From Macrostomum lignano (taxonomy: Eukaryota), in contig NIVC01003819.1 of assembly GCA_002269645.1 (NCBI GenBank), forward strand, positions 11,348 through 75,347: a stretch of DNA of 64,000 bases, given 5' to 3'. Under the pieces are notes generated by a model. That model was given only the letters and a program-made list of their open reading frames with translations. It was not told the origin of the DNA and made no database searches. The translations under genes and the position numbers were made by a program. Shown here one piece after another: positions 46,320 through 59,536 of this stretch (within the stretch, counting starts at the first letter, position 1; each line of letters starts with the position of its first letter).

Positions 46320-47165
46320 TTTATGTTTGACATGGTAGCTCTTTTATGTTTGACATGGTGGCTCTTTAATGTTTGACATGGTGGCTCTTTTATGTTTGAT
46401 TCGGGGTTTTTTAATGTCTAACATGGTGTCTTTTTAATGTTTGACATGGTGGCTCTTTTATGTTTGACATGGTGGCTCTTTAATGTTCGATATAGTGACT
46501 GTGGTGACTGCGTTTAGCTTTCTGTGCAGAGTGGGGGATGGGGGGCTGTCTCTCTCTCTCTCTCGGATTGTATTCACGCATGTGCGAACTCTGGAGTGCA
46601 AACACGCCAGAGGTAGCAGCTGATTGGTCAGCCTAGTCAGGCTGGAAAATAAACTGGTATTTATTGAGAGAGCTAGGCTTGGCCGGCTCTAAGATTCCTC
46701 TCTGCAAGAAACACAGACTTTGTTACAGTGACTCTTTAATTTTCGACATAGTGGCTCTTTAATGTTTGACATTGTGGCTCTTTATGTTTGACATGATGGC
46801 TCTTTTATGTTGGACATGGTAGCTCTTTTATGTTTGTTTCGGGGTTTTTTAATGTCTGTCTGACATGGTGTCTCTTTAATGTTCAACATGGTGGCTCTTT
46901 TATGCTTGACATGGTGGCTCTTTACTGTTTGACATGGAGTCACATATATGTTTGACTTGGTGGCTCTTTTATGTTTAACATGGTGGCTCTTTAATTTTAG
47001 ACATGGTGGCTCTTTAATGTTAGACATGGTGGCTCTTTAATGTTAGACATGGTGGCTCTTTAATGTTAGACATGGGGGCTCTTTAATGTTAGACATGATG
47101 GCTCTTTAATGTTCGACATGGAGTCACATATATGTTTGACATGGTGGCTCTTTAATGTTTGACAT
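46320..47165. repeat. ~21-bp minisatellite (TTTGACATGGTGGCTCTTTA..) interrupted by the solo LTR
   Basis: Seen directly. Confidence 0.85.
46500..46727. mobile_element. Solo-LTR-like insertion (228 bp) inside a minisatellite
   Basis: TG...CA ends (TGTGGTGAC...TTGTTACA), 5-bp TSD GTGAC (46495-46499 and 46728-46732), internal AATAAA on both strands. Confidence 0.7.
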
Positions 47166-47381
47166 TGTGCTTTTTTGTGTTTAGCATTTTGTGTTTTTTA
47201 GGTGTTTTAATAAAAAAATCTTTTTGCACTACTAAGATTCAAACCCAGGTCGCTGCATTATCAGTCTAGTCTGTTTGCATCAATGTTATCTCTTGTCAAT
47301 TGGAGAACATGAATTGTGGTTAGTGTAAGAAGTTATGACATAATCAATTTCTCAGTCAGCCAGTATCAGTGTCAATTTAAG

Positions 47382-47626
47382 CCCTATTGCAGCCAATGGC
47401 CATTTTCGTGGACGGCGTCCGGCGCGGATTGGCCTGGTGGCGCGGCGCGTGGCAGCATTGCACGGTGGCGTGTCGTGTGGCGGCGGCGCGCGGCGGCGTG
47501 GCGCGGGGCATGGGAAAATTGAACCAAATCACTGATCCTGGGGACTGGCCCTGGCGCGGTACGGGTAGATGTCTGGCGCGGGAAAGGAGGGCGTCCGGCG
47601 CGGTTCAGACCTTGGCTGCAATAGGG
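47382..47626. mobile_element. MITE (245 bp) with 15-bp TIRs and an 8-bp TSD
   Basis: TIR CCCTATTGCAGCCAA / TTGGCTGCAATAGGG; TSD AATTTAAG (47374-47381 and 47627-47634); GC-rich interior. Confidence 0.85.
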
Positions 47627-47864
47627 AATTTAAGTTAGCAATATTGTTACGCAATTTCAATCAAGTTGTGTATGCATTTCTTTGGCACTGTTTTCAACTT
47701 GTTGTGATGCAATCATTATCAGAATTGAAATTCTGTCAGTCAGGTTTTTATCTAGCATTCTTACAATGCATTTCAAGTCAAAAATTTTGCTTGACCTTTG
47801 CAAAAAAGCATGTTTTTCAAATATTTAATCCCTTTAACATTGAGCAATTTCTTAGCCAAGATGC

Positions 47865-48050
47865 ATGTACCGTCCCAGGAAAATTTCTGATCGAATGGTG
47901 CAAGTTTGAAGAAAATCGGTTGAGTCATTTTTTCTGAAATCTATCGCATACCTACCTACCCACATACATACAGACAACTCATTTTTAGTATATACGACTA
48001 TCGCATACCTACCTACCCACATACATACAGACAACTCATTTTTAGTATAT
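47865..48050 (+). mobile_element. Possible non-autonomous Helitron-like 3' fragment
   Basis: CAAGTTTGAAGAAAATCGG...ACATACATACAGACAACTCATTTTTAGTATAT with the last ~50 bp duplicated; resemblance is from memory only. Confidence 0.3.
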
Positions 48051-50043
48051 TGGACTTTAAACTATAGTCTAAGTCTAGGACTAAAGTATGATAGGTAGTT
48101 TCATTAGAATTTTAAATGTTTGCACTTTGTAGGCCTAGTATGAAATTAAACAAGCTATGTTTAGTCTATTATTATGATATTATCTAATATCATAATAATA
48201 TAGTATTATAGTATATAGTATATAGTAATATAGTATTATATTATAGTATTATTATTAGAAAAGCACAGGCATACACTTTGCACACACAGGCATTTTAATT
48301 CATCTATAGAACTTTTTATAGAAACATTAGTTGGACTTTAGTTTAGACCTAGGGCCGGTTTTTTAATTAAATAAAAGATTCAAAAATCTAATTTCCACCA
48401 AAATTTACAATTAGAATGAATACATTATTTGATTTTTTATAAAATTACTGAATAATGCCGAAATCAGCAAAAGTTAACGTTTTTTCGTACAAACCAAGAA
48501 TCAAAATACTGATTTAAAGCAGATTTCTCCTTCTACTTTAATCGTTCTTGTTTGTGAAGGACTACTTTGTATTCATCACTAGAGACTAGACAGGTCTTTC
48601 CGGTCATGTCATCGTTTGCATTGCATGATCGACGCTGATGATCGCTTCGAGCAGCAGCTAAGTCACGATGAAAATTCGATTACGATTTAATTTGAGCCAA
48701 CTTTCTAGGAATTATGTCGTTAATTTAAAAGTATCCGTATCTAACAGCGACTTCTACAAGCATAACGACTCTTAGCTTGAATCTGATGTGCACTTTAACA
48801 TATATCCCTCGTTTTCTTCCCCACTTCGCTTGGTCGTGTCTGTCTATGGTTCAATGCTTTTTTTCATTTCTTTCGCCGGGCCAATCATATTCTTTCCGTT
48901 TCTTTCTGTCTATGGCCCAAAGTTCCCCGGCTTTGAACTCGCTTTTAGGCCTCGGCCAAGAAACGAGCTCTCAGCCGAGAAATTCGGGCCAAATAAGGGA
49001 AGAAATGAAGAGAACTTATACTGACTAACCTACTAGTCCCCAGAGTCAAATTGGGTAGACTATGGTAGAAAACCGAGAAGAAAGAAAGTAAGAGAAGAGA
49101 GGAAATTGGATTAGATCGCAAGAAAGGATAGAGGATAAATTTCTTATACGATATACTTCTCTGCAAGATAAATATGGATTTGCTATGCGATTTTGAATGC
49201 TATATATGCACGTTCAAGTTTTCATTAACCTAACTATTAAGAGTAATTAAGATAAGAACACTTATATTTAGCTTCGACAATTGCAGTTCTGCTTCACTAA
49301 CGATGTGCTGAACATGGACACCACGATAAGGCTCGATACCCCCTATTTGCAACCCAGCCTAAAAGCAACTTTAATGGTGTTATTGTAACAAAACAATGCT
49401 CTACGAACTCATAAATTTTCTTGTAAATCTTGGAATAAAAGAATCGGGCTTATTAAATACTTTATATTACCAGATTGTATTAGAAATAAAAAGTCCACAA
49501 ATTAGGCATTTCAAATTTCCAAAGTATATAAAATTTTCCAAACCTTTCGATGTTGGTAAGGCACTGTTGACTGTTTTATTGCTTTAAAACTTGGTTTGCA
49601 AAAGGCGGACAAGCAAATTTGTTTGTAAGCAGAGAAGCCGAGACGCAACCAACAAAAGTATCAATCTGGAATATAATGTATTAAAAGCATAATACCAGGA
49701 CGTCTGCAAAAATCGTTTAAGAACTAAATTAACATTAATTTGAAATCAAACATTAAACTGAATCGCACAATCCCTAGATTCTAGATAAGTTTAGAAATCA
49801 TTTTTATTGAGTCAGTTTCTACGAGTATAAATAGCAAAAATTCATAAAAATCTTGAAAAAGGCAATTAAAGTGTCATATCAAAATCAATTTGAAAGACTA
49901 CGATTCAATTATTGTAAAGAAGATCAAAATGATCATGTTTTGTTGCACTGCAATACCTGAACAATAGTCAAATTTGAATGTAAACCAAACGTTTAGCTAC
50001 AATAAGACAACGTTTAAGCATATAATCTAAAACGTAATAGTGC

Positions 50044-52823
50044 TCAGATCAGATGCTCGTCCGTCCATTCGTCGCTCCAACGACAGGGCGGCGCGGTGGA
50101 GTCGCACATCACAGCCGGGGTGTCGGCCGGCCGGACTGGCAGTGCCGGTTCGCTTGGCCGCTGGCCAATTCCAGGAAATGTAGCGTAATGAAATCGTTGC
50201 GTCAGCGTTATTGAACGACCTGTTTGCACCTGCATCGAATTGATTTTCAGGGAAATATTCAACGGACACTCATTAAATTACAGAATCGTTATTACAGCGT
50301 CACAGGCTAAAAATAAAAAATAATTCCCTGGTGTCGAGGCTGACTTAAGTCGAAATTTATTATTTAAATTTTTGGTACCTTAAGAAAGACAGTTGGTATT
50401 CGAGAAAGGATCGTTGAATATTGACAAGAAACATAAAGAACTATTTTCGTGCCTCCAGGTGCCAATATGAAACTGTCTGCCACACTTGTGACCGTGAAGT
50501 GTGACCGCGATGGATTGTCAATTATTAATATGATCTGGCAAAGTGATCGTTAAATGTGACAGTCACAAAACTGTCAACTCGTGTGAGTGTCAAAAGATGA
50601 AAAGACTGTCATTAAGACCATTGTGTGCTAGGTTGATTCAAGAAAGGCATATAAACGTCAAGAAGGAACAACTAAGTATAAGTGGCCGTTTATTTGACGG
50701 TCACAACGGAGAGTCACAATGGAAGGTCAAATGCGATACCGTGTTTAATTAAGTGCGTCAAAACGGTCTCACAGTCAAAATTTTTATATGAGTTCATAGC
50801 AACTCACCCAGCTAGAATTGTAAGCAGCAGCTGGCTCGCAAGCTCCGGTATCTGGTGCCAGTTGCGTCACAAGCAGCGCCCGAGACTTTCTCGGTCGCAG
50901 CCAAATACCCAGTCTGGGCAGGTGAAATTCTCCACCACGCGTCACCGTGTCCAGAAACACCCGCACGGTGGCAAAAATTCCACCGCTGGCACCATTTTTA
51001 GATTTACAATCGAGTCGTTCATAGAATCCCTGGCCAAGAGGATGGCTGGTGACGTCCAAGCGTCCGGCATGACTAGCTGGCAAGCCCATGGATTTGAGGA
51101 ATCTGTCAGCCAGTGGGCCGGCGGTGAACCGGCTCTCGCCAGGGTAGAACACAGTCGATCGGGTCCAATTAAAGCGAAGCCAACTAGCAGCTTTTGCGGA
51201 CAGACTCGCGTTCAGGCAACGCGTGCCGGCGGTGAAATCAGCTGACGAGAGCTGTTTCGGGTTGGTCAAGATAGATAGATAAAATAGTACCTGCCTCATT
51301 CCCTGAATTTTAGCTCTGCTTCTTAATGGAAAGTCTTAATGGGAAGCTTCTAATTTGAATAATAAAATTCTGTATAAATCAGGGGTCGACACACTTTTTT
51401 ACCTCAAGGGCCAGATCGAGAACCAAGAGCATGACTCACCAATGCAGAAATATCAAGCTGCTAGCTATGGAAGCAAAAACCAAACCAAACCTCAATAGCT
51501 CACCCCTCTGCGTACAACTCCGGCCTCATCAGCTACGAGCCGTTGCATTGTAGCTTCCGAATCGAAACAGACAATTGGCTGCCTGCTAGACAGAGCCTCC
51601 AACCGTTTGAAATGAACAGCAGCCAAGCTGTCTGATTCCACATCCGATAACAACTCGTCGAACATGTATACCTGACAGGTGAGAAGAGGGGTTTTCGGAG
51701 TTGGTAGAAAGTTTTACTGTTGGCGGATTCGCCTGACTTAATCTGATGATGCAATCACAAAGGTTGTTTACTTATAGTCGAGGTAATACAGGAGTACGAC
51801 TAAAAATAGATCCCTTCAAGTGCATGCGGCATGAAATTTGTTGAGATTTCGTATTAGTGCCGCATTCGCGTCCGTCATAGTATTCTTTGTCTGTCTGTCT
51901 TTCTGTCTTTCTGCCTGTCTGCCAGTCTGTCTCAGCTTTACCTGCACAGAGCTGCCAGGTGCAGCAATGATTCTCTCCAACTTCACCGGCGGAATTCGTC
52001 TGCCATCTTGAAAGATCTTCTTCGGCTTAATGCCGTGCAGCACCTGTCGACCAAGCAGTTCGCCGCTGCCAGCTCGCACCATCGGCTGCTTGTCGAGTTC
52101 CGCTTGGCGCATGTCGGCCTGCGACATCACCCGAATCGGCGGGGTCGCTCCATCGCCAGCATTTGGCTGGATTCTTTGCGGCGCCGGGGGCGCTTTTGAA
52201 GCAGATGCATCGGTGGTTTTTATGTCTGGTTTAGTTCTAACTACTTCCGGTTTAGCTTTAGCTACTTCCGGTTTAGTTTTAACTACTTCCGGCTTAGTCT
52301 TAGCTACTTCCGGTTTCTCTTTAGCAGCTTTTTTAGACTGAGTAAGAGCCGCATTAGACTCTGGCAGAGGCCTGATTGGTGCTTGCTTTTCTTTCGGCTT
52401 AACTTCCGGTGTCGCCACCGATTGCTGCCTTCGCATAGCAACTGTCAATTCGGCCACATCCGAAGACAGCCGGTCCAGCCTGTGACGCAATTCGATCAAT
52501 GCAAACCGAACCGATTCCAACTGGGCTCCGGTCTCCCCGCTACCAGCGCAAGCTTCCGCAGCGCAACTGGACAGGCCTTTCGTCAATTCGCGTCGAACGT
52601 TCTGCAACTGCTGCTGAATGCTCAATCGGTCTTTTAGACTACTGCTAGTAGTCTCTTCCAATGAGCAGGTGGACAATTCCAGTCGAAAGGAAGGCAATAC
52701 GCCGGAAGCGACGGCCGCAGCTGCGCACACGGCAACCAAACAGGCGGCAGTGGCGCAGCCAATCAGAGCAAAAGTTCGATTGAGACTGGGCGAATCCGCC
52801 TGCTGGTGTTGATGGCGCTGCAT
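50044..52823 (-). CDS. Type II membrane prolyl-4-hydroxylase-like (2OG-Fe(II) fold) protein, probably catalytically inactive; 4 exons, about 559 aa
   Basis: Exons 52823-51942, 51671-51504, 51251-50808, 50229-50044 (all phase 0). N-terminal hydrophobic segment, coiled coil, KPEV repeats, VYMFDELLSDVE, and ATVRVFLDTVTRGGEFHLPRLGIWLRPRKSRAL resembling the P4H ATxLxYxxDVxxGGxTxFP..xxxxPKKGxA segment. Confidence 0.75.
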
Positions 52824-53641
52824 AACCGCGGTTGCTAGGACTGTAATAAAAGGCAGTTGAGTTTTCTATTCTCAGGTACTTGGGAGATCTGTTTCTTGAG
52901 ATAGATTCAGGGGTACGATCTGCAACTATAGAGGTACTTTAAAGGGGATTATCGAGGTACTTTGGTGTGAATTATCGAGCTACTTTGGTGGGGATTGTCG
53001 AGGTACTTTGGTGTGGATTATTGAGGTACTTTTGCATGGATAATCAAGGTACTTTCGTGGAGATTATCGAGGTTTTTTGTTAGAGATGGAGATACCAATA
53101 AAGAATCTGTTGCAAAAGTATTAAGTAAACGAGGAGATTACAGGAGAATGAAATACACCAAAAAACTTTGAAACTAAATGAGGAACGACAAAAACCGGTA
53201 ACAAAGAAACACCAACAGATACAGTTTATCAATTTTTAGCTGTTATATTATGAATAGCATTGCAACGATATTGAAATGCAATTATTAAATGTAGAATTTA
53301 AAAGCTTTAAACTTGTTGCTAGCCCTGATAGCACAGGCAGCAGTAGAAAACCACAAAAATGCCACTTGGAATTGACAAAATCGTTCACGTCAAGAAAAAA
53401 GCTAGGATAGCAGCAAGGAGATCTCCCGCTTTTTGAGGAAGTACACACAGGGTTATATGCCCCAGTTCTAAATAAGGCCGTAGATATATCGTCCGTGTTG
53501 CAGGCGTAAAGTAAACCGCCACATACAGAAAGCTTCCTAGACAAACTAATGGAGTTTTTCAGCGCTTGAAGAAAATGAACCATGGACTGCACTTGCATTA
53601 AGCAACTGCTTAGAGTTAAATAGAATTGGAATGCGTCAGCT

Positions 53642-56600
53642 TCACCTAGCCGAGTAATACTTTCTACCGTTGGCGTTGGACACTCGAGCGTATCGAGCCA
53701 GCAACGAGCCGGGCGTTACCTTGCCGTAACAGACCGACTCTAGATAGGGCTGCAAATCTTCCAATGTCCACTTGGCCCTGGCCTGCGAAGTACGAGTAAT
53801 TTGGCACATTTGAGTAGTGTAGTGAGACATTAATTAATGGCTTACCTACATAACACACCCATAGAGTTTAAAGTAGCTTCTCAAGGTAATTGAGAAGTAG
53901 ACAGGTAGAAACTAAGGTAGACTAAGAGAAATCTAGATTATATCGAGATGTAGCTAGGAGGTAGGCTAAGACGTAGAATGAGAGGTCGAGTAGTCTGGGA
54001 GGAGAAAAGGAGATGGAAGTAGTTTGAGATATAGCTAAGTAGCATACTGAGAGGTAGATAGTAAAGAGAGTGAGACTGACAGGTGGCTAGACTGGGAGAG
54101 GTAGGAAGTAGGTAGCTAGAGGGGATAGACTCAGAAGAACAAGGGGTAGACTGAGTAGTAGCTAGGAGTAGACTGAGAAGTAGCTAGGGGTAGACTGAGT
54201 AGTAGCTAGGAGTAGACTGAGAAGTAGCTAGGGGTAGACTGAGTAGTAGCTAGGAGTAGACTGAGAAGTAGCTAGGGGTAGACTGAGTAGTAGCTAGGAG
54301 TAGACTGAGTAGTAGCTAGGAGTAGACTGAGTAGTAGCTAGGAGTAGACTGAGAAGTAGCTAGTAGTAGACTGAGTATTAGCTAGGAGTAGACTGAGTAG
54401 TAGCTAGGAGTAGAGTGAGAAGTAGCTATTGGTAGACTGAGTAGTAGCTAGGAGTAGACAGAGAAGTAGCTAGGGGTAGACAGAGAAGTAGCTAGGGGTA
54501 GACTGAGAAGTAGCTAGGGGTAGACTGAGTAGTAGCTAGGAGTAGACTGAGAAGTAGATAGGGGTAGACTGAGAAGTAGCTAGGGGTAGACTCAGAAGTA
54601 GCTAGGGGTAGACTCACAAGTAGCTAGGGGTAGACTCAGAAGTAGCTAGGGGTAGACTCACAAGTAGCTAGGGGTAGACTCACAAGTAGCTAGGGGTAGA
54701 CTCACAAGTAGCTAGGGGTAGACTCACAAGTAGCTAGGGGTAGACTCACAAGTAGCTAGGGGTAGACTCACAAGTAGCTAGGGATATAGATTCAGAAGTA
54801 GACTCAGAAGTAGCTAGGCAGAGACGCTCACCTTGAACAGCTCGGCAAACCTAGCAGCATGGTTGTCAGGCAGCAGATCAGCTGGGAAATATCGGACAGT
54901 AATGGAGTCCGCAGACTCGCTGCAGTCTCCTGGGCTGGAAGATGTTAAACAGAGGCCAGCTAGATGATCCAAGCTGACAGTGGCAGCGTCCGAGACCGCC
55001 TCCTGCCACAGCGGCAGGAACACTGACAGATCGTAGGCTGATCCGAGCCGAAGCAGGAAGTGCCCGAATGTGCGACTGATCTGGTGATGAGCGTTGTGGG
55101 GATTTAATAATAAATTTAGAATACTGCAGGCCACATATACTGAGTAGGCCTAGGGAGTGAGACAGAGGGAGGTAGAGCAAGAGAGAGGAGGGGAGACAAG
55201 AGGGAGGGAGAGGAGTGACAGTGATAAGTAGTGACAGAGGGAGGGGGATTGAGAGGAGTGACAGAGGGAGTGAGAGGAGTGACAGAGGGAGTGAGAGGAG
55301 TGACAGAGGGAGTGAGAGGAGTGACAGAGGGAGTGAGAGGAGTGACAGAGGGAGTGAGAGGAGTGACAGAGGGAGTGAGAGGAGTGACAGAGGGAGTGAG
55401 AGGAGTGACAGAGGGAGTGAGAGGAGTGACAGAGGAAGGGGAATTGAGAGGAGTGACAGAGGGAGTGAGAGGAGTGACAGAGGGAGTGAGAGGAGTGACA
55501 GAGGAAGGGGAATTGAGAGGAGTGACAGAGGAAGGGGAATCGAGAGGAGTGACAGAGGGAGTGAGAGGAGTGACAGCGGGAGAAGGAGTGAGAGGAGTGA
55601 CAGCGGGAGAGGGAGTGAGAGGAGTGACAGCGGGAGAGGGAGTGAGAGGAGTGACAGCGGGAGAAGGAGTGAGAGGAGTGACAGCGGGAGAGGGAGTGAG
55701 AGGAGTGACAGCGGGAGAGGGAGTGAGAGGAGTGACAGCGGGAGAAGGAGTGAGAGGAGTGACAGCGGGAGAGGGAGTGAGAGGAGTGACAGCGGGAGAA
55801 GGAGTGAAAGGAGTGACAGCGGGAGAGGGAGTGAGAGGAGTGACAGCGGGAGAGGGAGTGAGAGGAGTGACAGCGGGAGAGGGAGTGAGAGGAGTGACAG
55901 CGGGAGAGGGAGTGAGAGGAGTGACAGCGGGAAGAGAGAGAATGAAGAGTGACAGAGAGGGAATTAAGAGGACAGAAAGAGAGGGAATGAAGAGGGAGAG
56001 TGAAATGAAGAGAGAGAAATGGCAGAGGCAACCAGTGCTCTCTCCGCGAGTTTCAGTAAAACCCGTAGGGCCAGCACTGGCACAAGCAGCAATGCATAGA
56101 TTACCAATGCACACAATCAAAAGCTTCTCCTCACCAGCTTGGAGTCCAACTCAACGCAGTCTCCAAGGACGCCAGACTGCACTGAGTGCAGCTGAATGAC
56201 CCGCCGCGTCACCCTCGGATCGTACAGGTCCGCCAGAGAGGCGCAGGCGTCTTCAACTGGCAGGGCGGCCAGAGTCCAGTCATTCTCAACTGCTGCAGAC
56301 ATCAGGGCCGACAGCACCTGCTGTGGCAGATCTTCGTGCAGCAGGCGAACCCTGCCATCCAGCTCGATGGCGTTGACAGAGTCCAGCAGTCTGGAGAGCT
56401 CGGAGTCACTCATCTTCGGGCAAGAAGATAAAAATCAATATTCGCAGAGGAATTCTGCCTCATCCCCTGACTCCTGAGCACATGCAAGCGCGCCAATACT
56501 GTACGCGACTGTACAGCGGCCTTTTTGACTTCTAATCGTCAGGAACTCTCTGCGCCTCGTGGGTGTTGTGAATCGCACAACAACCCGCTCGGCAATTTTC

Positions 56601-57134
56601 GTGCATAAGTCCCAAATGAATGTGGCTGCGCAGGGAATCGAACCAGGGGTCATGGCGCGGGAGTCACGCGTTTATCACTGAGCTGCTCTCTGTCTGTCTG
56701 TCTGTCTGCCTTAGTGTCTGTGTGTCTGTCTGTCTGCCTGTCTGCCTGTCTGTCTGTCTGCCTGTCTATCTGTCTGTCTTAGTGTCTGTGTGTCTGTCTG
56801 TCTGTCTGTCTGTCTGTCTGCCTGTCTTTCTGACTGTCTGTCTGTCTATCTGTCTGTCTGTCTTAGTGTCTGTGTGTCTGTCTGTCTGTCCGTCTGTCTG
56901 TCTTAGTGTCTGTGTGTCTGTCTGTTTGCCTGTCTTAGTCTCTATCTGTCTGCCTGTATGTCTGTCTGCCTGTCTGTCTGTCTGTCTGCCTGCCTGTCTG
57001 TCTTAGTGTCTGTGTGTCTGTCTGTCTGCCTGCCTGTCTGTCTGTCTGTCTTAGTGTCTGTGAGTCTGTCTGTCTGCCTGTCTGTCTGTCTGTCTTAGTG
57101 TCTGTGTGTCTGTCTGCCTGTCTGTCTGTCTGCC

Positions 57135-57171
<37 letters not shown>

Positions 57172-57310
57172 GTCTGTCTGTCTGTCTGTCTTAGTGTCTG
57201 TGTGTCTGTCTGTCTGTCTGTGTGTCTGTCTGTCTGCCTGTCTGTCTGTCTGTCTGCCTGTCTGTCTGTCTATCTGTCTGTCTGTCTGTCTGTCTGTCTT
57301 AGTGTCTGTG

Positions 57311-57343
<33 letters not shown>

Positions 57344-57425
57344 TAGTGTCTGTGTGTCTGTCTGTCTTGGTGTCTGTCTGTCTGCCTGTCTTAGTCTCTA
57401 TCTGTCTGCCTGTATGTCTGTCTGC

Positions 57426-57459
<34 letters not shown>

Positions 57460-59536
57460 GTCTGTCTGTCTTAGTGTCTGTGTGTCTGTCTGCCTGTCTG
57501 TCTGTCTGTCTGTCTGTCTGTCTTAGTGTCTGTGTGTCTGTCTGTCTGTCTGTCTATCTGTCTTAGTGTCTGTGTGTCTGTCTGTCTGTCTGCCTGCCTG
57601 CCTGTCTGTCTGTCTGACTGTCTGTCTTAGTGTCTGTGTGTCTGTCTGTGTGTCTGTCTGTCTGTCTAGTGTATGTGTGTCTGTCTGTCTGCCTGCCTGC
57701 CTGCCTGTCTGTCTGTCTGTCTGTCTTAGTGTCTGTGTGTCTGTCTGTCTGTCTGTCTGTCTGCCTGTCTGTCTGTCTGTCTGTGTGTCTGCCTGCCTGC
57801 CTGTCTGCCTGCCTGTCTGTCTGTCTGTCTGTCTGTCTGTCTTAGTGTCTGTGTGTCTGTCTGTGTCTGTCTGTCTGTCTAGTGTCTGTCTGTCTTGGTG
57901 TCTGTCTGTCTGTCTAGTGTCTGTCTGTCTTGGTGTCTGTCTGTCTGTCTGTCTTAGTCTCTATCTGTCTGCCTGTATGTCTGTCGGCCTGTCTGTCTGC
58001 CTGTCTGTCTGCCTGTCTGTGTGCCTGTCTGTCTTCGTGTCCGTCTGTCCTGTCCTGCTCACTTAAAGGTAATTTTTATTTCGAGGTCTGCCCTGAACTT
58101 TGCTACTCGCTGATGCATCCAGGCTGATACAAATTAGTTGATACTGAAGCCTTCTGCTGACCATATTAACAAACTTTCTGGGTACAACATTCTTATTTTT
58201 AAAACAATGCTTACAATGTAAAAAAATGTTATACGTCTTGAGCAGCATGTCGAGTTATTTTGCAGTTTCACCAGTCTATAGATGTGGCTAAAAGTGCAGT
58301 ACTACGCTACTGATAGCATACCAAATAGCTTAAAGAACGCCTGGCTATATAAACTTTATACCTGAGCAGTAGTTCTCAGCTGTTCCATTGTAGGCGACTC
58401 GGCGGCTACGGCAGCTGCAGCATCGGCATCCGCCTCCTGCTCTTCAACTAGGCCGCGATAGCTGGCAGACTGGGGCAGCAGGCAGCGCAGAGAGGCTGGC
58501 CCGGGTTTCAATCGTCTGAGCTCGGCGTAGCTGTGCTTCACTGCGGCTATTGAGCTGCGGCGCACCTGAGCGACAGGTGAGTTTCATCTATTTCCCATCT
58601 GCCCATTCCGCTGAATGAATCCTGAGCAGTGAGCATATGCAAGCGCGCCAATCATACATGCCTAAACCACCTGATTTACACCGGCTATGCGACTTACTTT
58701 GTGACCAAAAATGCGACTAACCAATGAACTGAACTTAAGCAAATTAACGCAATTTTGAGTAAACGGCAGGAGTAACTATTACTGTCTTACAAGGGCTAAA
58801 TGCCTCGTTATCTAATTAGTACTACGTCCGTATTCTTTGGGGTGGGCATTTTTGCGACTTACCCCTGGTCCACCACAATTTACGGTGGCCAGATCGGCCA
58901 TGTCGGCCAGCAGTTGCGCATGTATGTACACTCTCTGTGCCTTGGGGGTTGGCCCTCATGGACTGTGAAACAACCCCTTTAGCCAAGAATCGAACCAGGG
59001 GTCCGTGGCGCGAGAGTCAGAAGCGTTTATCACTGGGAAAAATGCTCTGCATCCTTTGCAGGAGAATTCTACAGAAATCAGGTTTATCCTCGGGCACAAA
59101 CTTGCTGGTTAAAAGCAAACTTGAAGCAATTAAAAACAACAAACTCCAGCTCTCTAACCTGAATGCCTCCTCCATCCAGTCCCTCAGCGGAGGCGGTAGC
59201 CGGTGGCATCAGAGTGTCAGTTGACAACATCAAACTATTAGAAGTTTCAACTTCGCGCACTTCATAAGTGCATTCGCTGGTGCACAGCACAGCCTCCTGG
59301 TCAATGGAACCCTTCACCTCCAGTCGATCTTCTCCCTTGATCAGTTTAGCTAACAGAGCTTCATCAAGCTCTAGCAGCATCACTTGATCATCAAGCAGTT
59401 CATTGGCAAAGTGAACGCTTTGCACAACTGGCTGCACCTCCGAGGTAGAGATCTTTGCCATAGACATCAGGCCAATAAGATCTTCTTGACTTCGAATCGG
59501 AAAGTTAGCTGCATTGCTCTTGCTGCTTGTGTCCAT
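53642..59536 (-). CDS. DSCC1: Sister chromatid cohesion protein DCC1, 5 exons, about 416 aa
   Basis: Exons 59536-59159, 58565-58362, 56413-56135, 55080-54832, 53782-53642 (all phase 0). [50 protein letters not shown] and C-terminal NGRKYYSAR align with DSCC1. Confidence 0.88.
54110..54815. repeat. 22-bp minisatellite (GTAGCTAGGGGTAGACTGAGAA)
   Basis: DSCC1 intron. Confidence 0.9.
55210..55935. repeat. 18/24-bp purine-rich minisatellite (GAGAGGAGTGACAG..)
   Basis: DSCC1 intron. Confidence 0.9.
56465..56685 (-). mobile_element. Second tRNA-derived SINE family (related pieces at about 58620-59035 -, 27010-27130 -, 32065-32155 +)
   Basis: Head AGCTCAGTGATAA...GGTTCGATTCC; the 3' part GGCCGCTGTACA...GCGCGCTTGCATGTGCTCAGG is shared with the other copies. 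Confidence 0.55.
56686..58050. repeat. Complex (GTCT)n microsatellite
   Basis: DSCC1 intron, adjoining the SINE head. Confidence 0.92.

Noticed and set aside
53248-53598. 116-aa - strand ORF between the P4H-like gene and DSCC1
   Set aside because: AT-rich, no recognisable motif, and located in the likely DSCC1 3' UTR or intergenic region.
55116-58127. Long low-complexity ORFs ([19 protein letters not shown] repeats)
   Set aside because: Artefacts of mini/microsatellites in DSCC1 introns.
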